IMG/VR virus record: IMGVR_UViG_3300032203_000022 | Coordinates: 1 to 27,900 of that record | Reading direction: 5' to 3' (one strand) | DNA length: 27,900 nucleotides | DNA from: a virus | Taxonomy: Duplodnaviria; Caudoviricetes | In this document: in pieces, positions 1 through 8,830 of the stretch | Layout of the letters: each line of letters opens with the position of its first letter | Numbering within the stretch: the stretch's first letter is position 1 | Notes under the pieces: model-generated | The model's database searches: none | Told to the model about the DNA's origin: nothing | Seen by the model: the letters and a program-made list of their open reading frames with translations, nothing else | Program-made: the position numbers and the translations under genes

Positions 1-302
1 CGCAGATCGTATATGTGCAGGTCCACAGGGGTAAAAGTCGGCCTCTCCCCCTCTGGCGCTCGGATGGCGTTTTCGAACACCCCGATGAGGAACTCGTGGG
101 CCAAGCGGAGCGCAGCGGCAGGGTGAACTACCACCACACCCACAAACGGCCCCGCCGCGTAAACCCTGGCGGGGGTGACACTGAACGCATCGGCGTCACC
201 AATGGGGATCAAATCTATCCCCATCGACTCCGCGATGGTCAGTTGTTCAGCCGTCGGCTGGTGACGGCTGAGGAACGCAAATTTTCCGGCGTAATCACTC
301 AT
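1..302 (-). CDS. Hypothetical phage protein, 3' end runs off the window (MSDYAGKFAFLSRHQPTAEQ...VVVVHPAAALRL...DLHIYDL)
   Basis: Read by hand, not in the ORF track. ATG at 302 follows a strong SD (AAAAGGAGG), the frame is open to the window edge, and it starts 21 nt after the stop of the 324..1331 ORF. Confidence 0.8.
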   Translation of the reverse strand, partial: MSDYAGKFAFLSRHQPTAEQLTIAESMGIDLIPIGDADAFSVTPARVYAAGPFVGVVVVHPAAALRLAHEFLIGVFENAIRAPEGERPTFTPVDLHIYDL

Positions 303-323
303 TTAATTTCCTCCTTTTCGTTG

Positions 324-1331
324 TTATGCCGGGTGATATCCGGCCCGGACTGGTATTCCTACAGATATCCACCGCCACTCCGAGTCGAGAAAGAACTCTG
401 TCTCGATAGATACCCTGTGAGCCTCACGGTAAACGAACCGAGGGGCTGGCTTATGCTGCACCACGGTTCGGACGACGACATCGTTATCCGTACTTGCACC
501 AGCCAAGCGGCAGTGCTTGGCCCATTTCGCCTTGAGGTGTTTGGCCTGGCGAAGGCCATCGAGGCGTCGCAATGTCTCCTCACTATGTTTCGGGAGGGTG
601 CGGACCTGATATCGATCCGTCGTCTGTGTCCACCACACGACACCATTAAAGACGTGTGTGATAGGGGTTTTGAGTGGCCTGGTTTCGTATTTGATTCCAG
701 ACCTAATCTCTCTGCGAGAGAGGCGGGCATCAAGGTTGTTCGCCCTCCAGGTGTGCCATGATGATTCCAGCCTGGCAATCTCTACCGCCGGATTTTCCAT
801 CGTGATTTTCCTGGTGGAGACGTGGGATTTTTGGCGGGGGCGCTCGACAAGAGGCTGCTCCACAAACCTCTTGTTGTACTCCTCCAGTGCCGATACCACG
901 TCGGCGGTGGAGCAGACCGGGCCATACTGGTATCCCGCGTACCTTAGCCGTGCCTCCATCAGGTAGTGGAGAGGGCCATACACCGGCGCATAGGCCTGCG
1001 TACGGGGGTTGACCACGCACCTTGCCAGGCAAGTGCGGTTATCATCGAACAATCCGATGACAACGACCCCGGTGTGAGCGAGGGAGCGCCACACCTCGCG
1101 GTATTGGTCCCGCCGCGATTGTGTTTTCGACTGGCAAGATGGGCATGACAACAGTGCGTCATCCCACACATTGCCGTTACCATCTGCCAGGCAATCGAGC
1201 CCGGCGATGGTGTATTTCACGCTCTCCACGAGAGCGGAAAAGTCCTGACCGAAACCTTCCGGCGCAAAACGCCGAAGGAATTTACCAGGTCGGACATCGA
1301 CCGGTATGGTCAGGATCAGGTCGTACATCAT
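324..1331 (-). CDS. Hypothetical protein, 335 aa, possibly two-domain or a fusion of two genes
   Basis: GGGAGGT SD before ATG 1331; first gene downstream of a strong promoter; internal in-frame ATG at 800 preceded by AGGA. Confidence 0.7.
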   Translation of the reverse strand: MMYDLILTIPVDVRPGKFLRRFAPEGFGQDFSALVESVKYTIAGLDCLADGNGNVWDDALLSCPSCQSKTQSRRDQYREVWRSLAHTGVVVIGLFDDNRTCLARCVVNPRTQAYAPVYGPLHYLMEARLRYAGYQYGPVCSTADVVSALEEYNKRFVEQPLVERPRQKSHVSTRKITMENPAVEIARLESSWHTWRANNLDARLSRREIRSGIKYETRPLKTPITHVFNGVVWWTQTTDRYQVRTLPKHSEETLRRLDGLRQAKHLKAKWAKHCRLAGASTDNDVVVRTVVQHKPAPRFVYREAHRVSIETEFFLDSEWRWISVGIPVRAGYHPA

Positions 1332-1401
1332 GCACCTCCCAGTAGCCTCGCGGGGCGTTAAGGTGGCGGGCTGGGGTGATTCCCTTGCCCTTCATGATCA
1401 T

Positions 1402-1430
1402 AATATAATAATTAGTTATTATAGTGTCAA
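1402..1430 (-). promoter_or_regulatory. Strong leftward sigma70-type promoter
   Basis: Minus strand TTGACA (1430-1425), 17-nt spacer, TATATT (1407-1402); A/T tract upstream resembling an UP element. Confidence 0.85.
1404..1423. promoter_or_regulatory. Palindromic operator candidate overlapping the spacer and -10
   Basis: TATAATAA-ttag-TTATTATA, perfect 8-bp arms. Confidence 0.6.
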
Positions 1431-1464
1431 TATAAAAATAACAATGCATTATTATTTTTATATT
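1429..1464. repeat. 36-bp near-perfect AT-rich palindrome
   Basis: AATATAAAAATAAcAATGCATTaTTATTTTTATATT, one mismatched pair, abutting the -35. Confidence 0.8.
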
Positions 1465-1662
1465 ATCAATATATTGCACCGCAACAGGTGGTATTGTTGA
1501 AGCCGTACAAGCACAATATTTTGTGGTTTCCGGCTAAACAAAAAAAATATGTCAAGCGCAAAAAACACCAGAAAATCATTATGGTCAGAAAATAACACCC
1601 AATCTCCCCTCACAGGCCCACATCAATCAATATAGTCAAAAAGTGCATGGTAGTCTCCTGCC

Positions 1663-1893
1663 ATGGCTACCACCACATTTTCCTCCTGGGCCGCGGTCCG
1701 CGATGCTTTGCTCGATGCGATGGCCCGCCGTGATTTTTCCCGGCAGTCGGCCAATGTCGCCGGGTCGGAGATCTCCTGGAGTTCGTTTGCCGAACTGCGG
1801 GAGGCGATTGAGTATGCCGAGTTCCGGGCGGCGCGGGAGGCGGGCGGCGCCTCATACCGGGTCTATGCCCGGCAGGGAGGGCGCGGGGCATGA
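1663..1893 (+). CDS. Head-tail joining/adaptor protein, lambda gpW-like
   Basis: 76 aa helix-hairpin-helix pattern (SANVAGSEISWSSFAELREAIEY); ATGA overlap with the lambda-type portal. Confidence 0.75.
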   Translation: MATTTFSSWAAVRDALLDAMARRDFSRQSANVAGSEISWSSFAELREAIEYAEFRAAREAGGASYRVYARQGGRGA

Positions 1894-3404
1894 GAGGGTT
1901 ACGCGTCATCGAGTCCGGCATCGATCGGCTGGTCGGGGTGTTTTTCCCCCGGGCGGAGGGCCGCCGGCGGCTGGCGCGGGCCATGTTGCCGGGCCTGCGG
2001 TCCGCCACCTATGCGGCGGCGGACTCGCCTCGCACCATTGGCGGCTGGGCGCCGGTTGACTCCGGCATCAACGATATTATCAGCAACTCATCCACGGCGG
2101 TGCGGGCGCGGGTGCGCCAGTTGGTCCGTGATTTCCCTTATTTTGCCAGGGCGGTCAATGTCCTGGTTGATTATGTCGTCGGGGCCGGCATCATCCCCCA
2201 GTGCCGCATTGCCGGCCCTGACGGCGTCCTCAATCAGCAGATCAATGCCATGGTTGAGGACGCCTGGGCGCGTTGGGCCGATGAGTCTGATTTCGGCGGT
2301 CGTCTCCATCTTTACGAGATGATGCAGCTTGCCAAGCGCCAGGATCTCGAATGCGGCGAGTTTTTGTTGATCCGGCGGTCACTGCGGGAGCGGGGCCGGT
2401 ATCTGCCCATCTGTTTGCAGATGGTGGAAAGCGACTGGCTGACCAGCCATGGGGCTGTTGCCGTCGGTCGCACCAGTGAGATCCATGACGGGGTGGAATA
2501 TGACCGGGAGAGCGGGCGGACCATTGCTTACCATTTCACCGATCCGGACGGCTGGGGCAAGACAACGCGGGTTTTGGCCGCCGATGTGGTCCACGGCTTC
2601 AAGACCATGCGGCCCGGCCAGTTGCGGGGGATTTCCGAGTTTGCCCCGGGGGTGCTGGTGGCCCGCGACCTCCACACCTACATGGAGACGGAGATCGACA
2701 CCGCCAAGCTGGCGGCCAAGTATCTCGCCTTTGTGACCACCCCGGATATTTTCGGGCGGCAGGAAGCAACCACCTCGGTGGATGCGATCACCGGCAAACG
2801 GCTCGACGAGATGGAAAACGCCATCATCGAGTATCTGCGGCCGGGGGAGCAGGTCAATATTGCCAGCAACCCGCGGCCGGGGGACAACTTCCCGCCGATG
2901 GTCAAACTTATTCTGACCATGCTCGCCATTACTACCGGGGTGCCGTATGACATCCTGTCCGGCAATTACGAGGGGATGAATTATTCGACCGGCAAGATGG
3001 TCCGCAACGATTTTTCCCAGCAGTTGCGGCCGGTGGCCGTTCGGCATATCCGCCATTTCTGCACCCCGCTGTGGCGGGCCTTTCTTGATGCCGCCGTATT
3101 GGCCGGCCGCCTGCCGTTCCCTGACTATTTCATCAACCCCGCCCCTTATCAAAAAGTTGAATGGCAACCGCCTGGGATGGAATCCATCGACCCGAGCCGC
3201 GAGACAAAGAGCCTGGTCGATCAGGTGGCGGCCGGGCTGCGCTCACCACAGGAAATTGTCAAGAGCCGCGGCCGCGACCTGGAAGAGGTTTACCGGGAAA
3301 TCCGGGCGGCAAAGGACATGGCGGCGGCGCTTGACCTTAATTTTGATCTCAACGAGATCAGCACGGCGCTGGCCAACAATCCGGCCGCCATTGCCGAGCA
3401 ATAG
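1890..3404 (+). CDS. Portal protein, lambda family
   Basis: 504 aa; motifs RARVRQLVRDFPY, RPGQLRGIS, NYSTGK, SIDPSRE, RGRDLEEV typical of lambda gpB-type portals. Confidence 0.95.
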   Translation: MRGLRVIESGIDRLVGVFFPRAEGRRRLARAMLPGLRSATYAAADSPRTIGGWAPVDSGINDIISNSSTAVRARVRQLVRDFPYFARAVNVLVDYVVGAGIIPQCRIAGPDGVLNQQINAMVEDAWARWADESDFGGRLHLYEMMQLAKRQDLECGEFLLIRRSLRERGRYLPICLQMVESDWLTSHGAVAVGRTSEIHDGVEYDRESGRTIAYHFTDPDGWGKTTRVLAADVVHGFKTMRPGQLRGISEFAPGVLVARDLHTYMETEIDTAKLAAKYLAFVTTPDIFGRQEATTSVDAITGKRLDEMENAIIEYLRPGEQVNIASNPRPGDNFPPMVKLILTMLAITTGVPYDILSGNYEGMNYSTGKMVRNDFSQQLRPVAVRHIRHFCTPLWRAFLDAAVLAGRLPFPDYFINPAPYQKVEWQPPGMESIDPSRETKSLVDQVAAGLRSPQEIVKSRGRDLEEVYREIRAAKDMAAALDLNFDLNEISTALANNPAAIAEQ

Positions 3405-3412
3405 GAGGAGAC

Positions 3413-5407
3413 ATGGAGAGAACATATCGGGCCTTTTCCATCAGGTTGCAGGGTGACGGCCCGGCCACCCTGGACACGGAAACGCGGTCGCTTGACGTGA
3501 CCTGCGCCACTGAAAATCCGGTGCGGGTCTTTGACTGGCAGCGTTATGAGATGCTCGATGAAGTTTTGTTGATGAGCGGCTGCCGGATGCCGGACAACCG
3601 GCAAGTGCCGTTACTCGACAGTCATCATCGGAATAGCACGGCCAGCGTCATCGGCTCGTGTCGTAATCTGCGCATTGAGGGTGGCGTTTTGGTCGGCCGT
3701 GCTTTTTTTGCGGCGGACAAAGGCGCTGACTCAGCATGGGGCAAGACCCGCGACGGCCATATCACGGATTTTTCTATCGGCTACCGGGTAGATGACGCGG
3801 TGTGGGTGCCGGAGGGGGAGACGGCGATGGTTGACGGCCGCAGCTTTGCCGGGCCGGTCCGGGTGGCGACCAAGTGGAGCGTCAGAGAATTATCCGTTTG
3901 CCCGATTGGGGCAGACGAGGCCGCCAAGGCACGGGCTGAGGCGGAGCATGGAAAACAGGCAAGGGCCGAGAACCCCGCGCCGCATACCAAGGAGACCGTT
4001 ATGGATGAGAGACTGCGGGCCTTCCTCGAAAGCCGGGGACTGGCCAAGGACGCAAACGAGGCGGCGGCGTGGGATTTTCTGCGCACGCTGGACAAGAAAG
4101 AGCAGGAGGCCGGCCGCAGCCATGCCGATGTTGATGCGGCGGTGCGGGCTGCCATTGAGGCGGAGCGGCTGCGTTCTGCCGAGATCGTCGCCATGGGCGG
4201 CCGCTTCGGCTGCGACGAGCTGGCCCGAGAGCTGGTGAAGACCGGCGCGTCGGTGGACGTAGCCAGGGCCAAGGTGCTGGAGCACGTCGAGGCGGAGCGC
4301 AGCCAGGCACCGGCCCCGGCCTTTCGGGTGGCGATTGGCGCCGATGAGCGCGACAAATTCCGGGGAGCGGCCGAGGATGCCATCTGTATGCGGTCCGGCC
4401 TGGTCATCGCCCAGCCTGCCCAGGGGGCAAGCGATCTGATGGGACATTCCCTCCGCGAGCTGGCCCGTCATTCCCTGTTGCTGGCCGGGCAGCCTACCGG
4501 CGGCAATGTGATGGAGATGGTGGGACGCGCCATGACCACAGGTGATTTCCCCTTGCTTTTGGGGAACGTCGCCAACAAGAGCTTGCTTGCCGGTTACGAG
4601 ACGGCGCCGGAGACCTGGCGGGAGTGGTGCCAGACCGGGTCCGCCTCTGATTTCAAAACCCACGACATCGTCTCGGTTTCCGAGACCGAGGACCTCGACC
4701 AGATCAGCGAGAGCCAGCCGTATGCCTACGGCAAGCAGGCGGATGCCCGGGAACAGTACCAGGTGGTGACCTATGGCAAGCTCTTTGCCATCACCAGGCA
4801 AACCATCATCAACGATGATTTGGCGGCGCTGACCGATATCCCGATGAAACACGGAGAAGCAGCGGCCCGCAAGGTCGGGGATCTGCCCTATGCGGTGCTC
4901 ACCGCCAACGCGGCGATGCGCGATTCGGTCGCCCTGTTCCATGCCAACCATGGCAACCTCGGCACCGCCGGGGTTGTGTCGGAAACGACCCTTGCCGAGG
5001 CGATCAAGTTGATGAAGCTGCAGAAGGATCTGTTGTCGAAACGGCGGCTCAACATCCGGCCGCAGTATTTCATCGCGCCGGTGACCATCGAGGGGGCGGC
5101 GGAGATCTTTTTCTCATCCAACCAATTTTCCGGATCGGCGGTCGATTCGACCCGGACCAACCCCTATGCCGGCACCCGGTTTATCCGTGTCTATGACGCC
5201 CGGCTCGATGACAGCTCCACCACCGCCTATTACCTGGCCGGCCCCAAGGGCAAGACGGTCACCGTCTTTTTCCTCAACGGCCAGCAGACCCCGTTTCTGG
5301 AGACTCGCCAGGGCTGGAGCGTGGACGGGGTGGAATACAAGGTGCGCATCGACGCCGGGGCCAAGGCGGTGGACTGGAAAGCCTTGGTCAAAAACGCCGG
5401 GGCATAA
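3413..5407 (+). CDS. Prohead protease (HK97 family)-scaffold-major capsid fusion protein
   Basis: N-terminal VPLLDSHH and DFSIGY catalytic His/Ser motifs and ELSVCPIGAD; helical linker; capsid motifs TTGDFPLLL, TYGKLFAITRQTIINDDL, DGVEYKVRIDAG. SD AGGAGGAG. Confidence 0.93.
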   Translation: MERTYRAFSIRLQGDGPATLDTETRSLDVTCATENPVRVFDWQRYEMLDEVLLMSGCRMPDNRQVPLLDSHHRNSTASVIGSCRNLRIEGGVLVGRAFFAADKGADSAWGKTRDGHITDFSIGYRVDDAVWVPEGETAMVDGRSFAGPVRVATKWSVRELSVCPIGADEAAKARAEAEHGKQARAENPAPHTKETVMDERLRAFLESRGLAKDANEAAAWDFLRTLDKKEQEAGRSHADVDAAVRAAIEAERLRSAEIVAMGGRFGCDELARELVKTGASVDVARAKVLEHVEAERSQAPAPAFRVAIGADERDKFRGAAEDAICMRSGLVIAQPAQGASDLMGHSLRELARHSLLLAGQPTGGNVMEMVGRAMTTGDFPLLLGNVANKSLLAGYETAPETWREWCQTGSASDFKTHDIVSVSETEDLDQISESQPYAYGKQADAREQYQVVTYGKLFAITRQTIINDDLAALTDIPMKHGEAAARKVGDLPYAVLTANAAMRDSVALFHANHGNLGTAGVVSETTLAEAIKLMKLQKDLLSKRRLNIRPQYFIAPVTIEGAAEIFFSSNQFSGSAVDSTRTNPYAGTRFIRVYDARLDDSSTTAYYLAGPKGKTVTVFFLNGQQTPFLETRQGWSVDGVEYKVRIDAGAKAVDWKALVKNAGA

Positions 5408-5420
5408 TGACTGACATCAA

Positions 5421-5439
5421 GGGGGCGGCTACCGCCCCC
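5421..5439 (+). terminator. GC-rich hairpin after the capsid gene (weak terminator or mRNA stabiliser)
   Basis: GGGGGCGG-cta-CCGCCCCC; no U-tract follows. Confidence 0.5.
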
Positions 5440-5463
5440 ATTGCATGACAAGGAGAGAATACC

Positions 5464-5850
5464 ATGCAGAGACAAGGACTCGAACCCGCCAAGCGGGTTG
5501 CTTATTTTGAATATGATTTCGCCAAGGATGGTGGCGCGGTGGGCGACATCGCCCTGCGCGGCGACCGGCTGCCCAATGACGCGGTGATTACCTCCGGAAT
5601 GATCCACGTCAACACCGCGGTGACCTCCGGCGGGTTGGCAACGGTGGCGCTCTCGGTGCTGGCCGCCGAAGATGTGCTGGCGGCGACGGCAAAAGCAAGC
5701 CTGACCCTGAACGCCCTGCTTGACACCGTGCCGGTGGGCACGGCGGCCACCGCCATCCGCACCACCTCGGCCGGGCTCGGGGTGACGATGAGCATTGCGG
5801 TGGCGGCGTTGACCGCCGGCAAGATCACCGTGGCGCTGGAGTATCTGTAA
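5464..5850 (+). CDS. Putative capsid decoration/cement protein
   Basis: 128 aa, beta-rich and A/T/G/V-rich, directly after the capsid gene; SD AAGGAG. Confidence 0.6.
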   Translation: MQRQGLEPAKRVAYFEYDFAKDGGAVGDIALRGDRLPNDAVITSGMIHVNTAVTSGGLATVALSVLAAEDVLAATAKASLTLNALLDTVPVGTAATAIRTTSAGLGVTMSIAVAALTAGKITVALEYL

Positions 5851-5854
5851 GGCG

Positions 5855-6196
5855 ATGGCCTGGGCTGATGACATCGCCGCGGTGGCGGCGGACATATTTG
5901 ATCTGGCCGGGGAGACGGTGTGGTACACGCCAACCGCGTACCCGTTCACGGTCGAGGTGTCGGCGGTTTTCCGGCCGTTGAATCCGGATGATGTCATCGG
6001 CCCCCATATCATGGCTGACGATGTGGTGTGCCAGGTGCAGGCAAGCGCCCTGCAGGATGATCCGGAACGCGGCGACATTGTCGAGCGCAATCCGGATGCG
6101 GTGTGGCCTGATCGTTTCGAGGTGGTCGAGCGGATGCTGTTGCCTGGCGGGGTGTGGCAGTTGGTGTGCCGGAAAAACATCAGGGTGACGCCATGA
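5855..6196 (+). CDS. Head-tail joining protein (gpFII-like)
   Basis: 113 aa; position; FDLAGETVWY...PERGDIV pattern. Confidence 0.65.
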   Translation: MAWADDIAAVAADIFDLAGETVWYTPTAYPFTVEVSAVFRPLNPDDVIGPHIMADDVVCQVQASALQDDPERGDIVERNPDAVWPDRFEVVERMLLPGGVWQLVCRKNIRVTP

Positions 6197-6855
6197 TTGA
6201 TATGGTGATCGACAAAAGCGGTCTGGCGCAACTTGCGGCCAGGTTCCCCAAGGCGCACAAGGTTGCGCTGGTGGCGGCGCTGCGATCCGAATCGTACCGG
6301 CTGGCCGGGTTGATCAAGGATTACGGCCGCAGCCAGGGCGAGGGGAAGTGGAGCTATGCGCCGGTGACCAAATACCTGCGCAAGAGCGGCGGCTATGGCC
6401 GCTGGCTGGCCAGGTACACCCGCTATTTTGTTGATGACGAAAATTTAACCGCTTGGGCCGGGATGATCTCCCGGCAGGTCGGCGGCAAGAAGGATCTGAA
6501 ATTCGAGCCGATTTCCCGGGGCTTTGCTGCCTCGGCGGTGCGGTTGTCGTCCGGGTTTTACCTGACCATCAGCGGCCGGCAGCAGCGGGCGATTGCCAAG
6601 CGGTTGTTGCGGCCTGATTCAAGGCAGTTTTCCCGGTTCAAAACCGCCGCCGGGGCGCAGCGGCGCTGGAACACCCTGGCCGGGGTGATTCCACGGGCCG
6701 GGGTGCGGCGGGTGGCGGCGCGGCCGTTTGTCGAACCGGTATTGCAGCGGGAGCGGCAACGGAGCCTGCGCAATGTGCAGGCCCTTTATTTGACCAGGAT
6801 CATGGGGGGCCGCTGGAAATCGAGCTGGGCGCGTGATTGGGGGAACAGCGGATGA
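6193..6855 (+). CDS. Neck/tail completion protein (gpZ or HK97 gp10-like)
   Basis: Very basic; C-terminal ARPFVEP motif; ATG 6193 overlaps the upstream stop (ATGA), so preferred over the track start at 6154. Confidence 0.65.
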   Translation: MIDMVIDKSGLAQLAARFPKAHKVALVAALRSESYRLAGLIKDYGRSQGEGKWSYAPVTKYLRKSGGYGRWLARYTRYFVDDENLTAWAGMISRQVGGKKDLKFEPISRGFAASAVRLSSGFYLTISGRQQRAIAKRLLRPDSRQFSRFKTAAGAQRRWNTLAGVIPRAGVRRVAARPFVEPVLQRERQRSLRNVQALYLTRIMGGRWKSSWARDWGNSG

Positions 6856-7265
6856 GTGTGCGCGGAGATCTGCGGGCGGCGCTGGTGACGGCGATTGCCG
6901 CGGCAACCGGGTTGGCGGCCGGGACCTGGGACGGTGAAGAGGCGGTGTTCAACAGCGCCCATGCCTGGCCGGGGATCGCGGTGGCCTATGCCGGGGTTGA
7001 TTTTGGCGAAAGCCTGGAGATCGGCGCGGCGACATATTCACGCGCCCATTTGTTTCATGTTTTTGTTTTTGCCGCGACCGCCGGGGCGACCGGCGGGGAC
7101 GTGACGGCCATGGGGTTGCTTGAAGACATCGAAAAGACCGTGGCAGGGCAACTGCTCGCCGCTGCCGGGTTGGCGGAAATCGTCGGGGAAGAGCTTGTTC
7201 AGGCGCACATGGGGAGATTCCTTTATGTGCAGACCTGGCGGCTTGAAATGGTCGAATCGCATTGA
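6852..7265 (+). CDS. Tail terminator-like protein
   Basis: 137 aa immediately before the tail tube gene; WPGIAVAY pattern; ATGA overlap at 6852. Confidence 0.65.
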   Translation: MSVRGDLRAALVTAIAAATGLAAGTWDGEEAVFNSAHAWPGIAVAYAGVDFGESLEIGAATYSRAHLFHVFVFAATAGATGGDVTAMGLLEDIEKTVAGQLLAAAGLAEIVGEELVQAHMGRFLYVQTWRLEMVESH

Positions 7266-7301
7266 TGAGCCGCTTGCCGGCTGTAAAAAAAGGAGAATGT
7301 C

Positions 7302-8471
7302 ATGAGCTTGAATAATCGTTTGACCCTGGCGAGGGAGCACACCATTTTTGCCGTACCGGAAACCACGGTCGGGACGCTGGTTTTCCCGAGCGCCGGTGAT
7401 CTGGTGGTGCCGGCCGGGTATGGCAGCATCGGCCAGGTGCCGACCTATACCGACAGCGAGGAGATTGTTGACTCGCGTTCGCTGCTCAACCAGTTCCGCG
7501 ACGCGTTGCCGGCCGGTGACTGGTCGATACCGATGTATCTGCGGCCGTCCGGGACCGCAGGCAGTGTGCCGCAGGGCGCCACCATGCTGGAGGCGCTGTT
7601 CGGCACCGAGACCATTGTCGGCTCGACCTCGGTCACCTATTCGCTGGCAACGGCGCTGCCCTCTTTTTCCCTGTGGACCAAATACGGTGACACCGTGTTT
7701 TTTGCCAAAGGGGCGACGGTTGAGCAAACCAGGCTTGCCGCCAGCAAAAAGGGGGCGGTCAAGTTTGAAATGAGCGGCAAGTTTATGGCAATGGGTTGGG
7801 TCGGGACCGATGAACTTAATGCGGCGGTTGATTATGTCGCCACTCCGATCACCTCGATTGTTGTCAAGGATGCCAAGAAATATTGCGTCGGCGGCAAGAT
7901 CAAGGTGGGCAGCGATGACAACAGCGGCAGTGGCTACGCGATCAGCGCGGTGACCATCGCCACCAATACCCTGACTATCTCTCCTGGCCTGACTGCCGAT
8001 TTTGCCGCCGACACGGTAGTGGCGCCATTTTTGCCGACCGGGACAATCATCGGTGATCCGGTGGAAAGCAACAGTATCACCATCAGTCTTGACGGCGGCA
8101 GTACGACCGCCAAGATCAAGAGCTTTGACATCACGATGACCAACGGCATTGTTTACCAAGAGGACGAGATCAGCGACGAGGAAAACCCTACCGCCTATGT
8201 CGAGGGGCAGCGTTCGGTTAAGGGCTCGGTGACCGTCAACATGCGGCGCGATGACGTTAAATATTTTTACGACGGGCTCAATGCCGGCCAGGAGGTTGGT
8301 GTCGAGCTGGTGATGGGGGCAGATGCAGGCAGTATCGCCACCATGACCATGGACAAATGCCGATTGACTTTGCCCCAGATAAGTCCGGCATCACCGACCG
8401 TTGAGTTGCGGATGGACCTTGCCGCGCTGGGCACCAGCGGCGAGGACGAAATTGAACTGGTGCTGACCTGA
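7302..8471 (+). CDS. Major tail (tube) protein with an inserted domain
   Basis: 389 aa; SD AAGGAG; LPSFSL, IKSFDITMTNG, GQRSVKGSVT motifs; precedes chaperone and tape measure. Confidence 0.85.
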   Translation: MSLNNRLTLAREHTIFAVPETTVGTLVFPSAGDLVVPAGYGSIGQVPTYTDSEEIVDSRSLLNQFRDALPAGDWSIPMYLRPSGTAGSVPQGATMLEALFGTETIVGSTSVTYSLATALPSFSLWTKYGDTVFFAKGATVEQTRLAASKKGAVKFEMSGKFMAMGWVGTDELNAAVDYVATPITSIVVKDAKKYCVGGKIKVGSDDNSGSGYAISAVTIATNTLTISPGLTADFAADTVVAPFLPTGTIIGDPVESNSITISLDGGSTTAKIKSFDITMTNGIVYQEDEISDEENPTAYVEGQRSVKGSVTVNMRRDDVKYFYDGLNAGQEVGVELVMGADAGSIATMTMDKCRLTLPQISPASPTVELRMDLAALGTSGEDEIELVLT

Positions 8472-8482
8472 TAAGGGGACTT

Positions 8483-8830
8483 ATGCGGCTGAGAACAAAA
8501 GCGGATGTGGCTGGTTTTGAGGTGGTGGTGGGCGATGCGGTGATTATCGCCAGGCCGATGACGGCAAGTGAGCTTTCCCGCCTGCGGGCGCGGCACACCA
8601 CCTATAAGCGCGGGGTGGAAACGCTCGACTCCACGGCGATGACCCGGGAGATGTTTGACCGGGTGGTGACTGATTGGCGCGGGGTGGATGACGAGGCCGG
8701 CGAGCCGCTGCCATGCACGGCTGAGAACAAGCGGGCTATTGCCGAGTTTGAGCCGGCGTTTGTCGGCGAGGTGCTGGCCGCCGTGGCCGACGAGGATCAG
8801 GCCCGCCGTAATGCCATCGCGGGAAACTGA
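8483..8830 (+). CDS. Tail assembly chaperone (gpG-like)
   Basis: 115 aa; VTDWRGVDDEAGEPLPCTAENK motif; ends in a slippery heptamer. Confidence 0.85.
   Translation: MRLRTKADVAGFEVVVGDAVIIARPMTASELSRLRARHTTYKRGVETLDSTAMTREMFDRVVTDWRGVDDEAGEPLPCTAENKRAIAEFEPAFVGEVLAAVADEDQARRNAIAGN
8821..8827 (+). other. Programmed -1 ribosomal frameshift site G GGA AAC
   Basis: X XXY YYZ heptamer in the correct phase just before TGA 8828-8830; the -1 frame stays open to 9138. Confidence 0.85.

Noticed and set aside
15-761. 248-aa plus-strand ORF
   Set aside because: Antisense to two minus-strand genes that have clear SD and promoter support; no recognisable motifs.
1550-1555. Second leftward -35 (TTGACA)
   Set aside because: No matching -10 at the right spacing.
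2379-8159. Long minus-strand ORFs (2379..3167, 3890..4951, 5230..6258, 7038..8159)
   Set aside because: Shadow frames of GC-rich portal, capsid, neck and tail genes.
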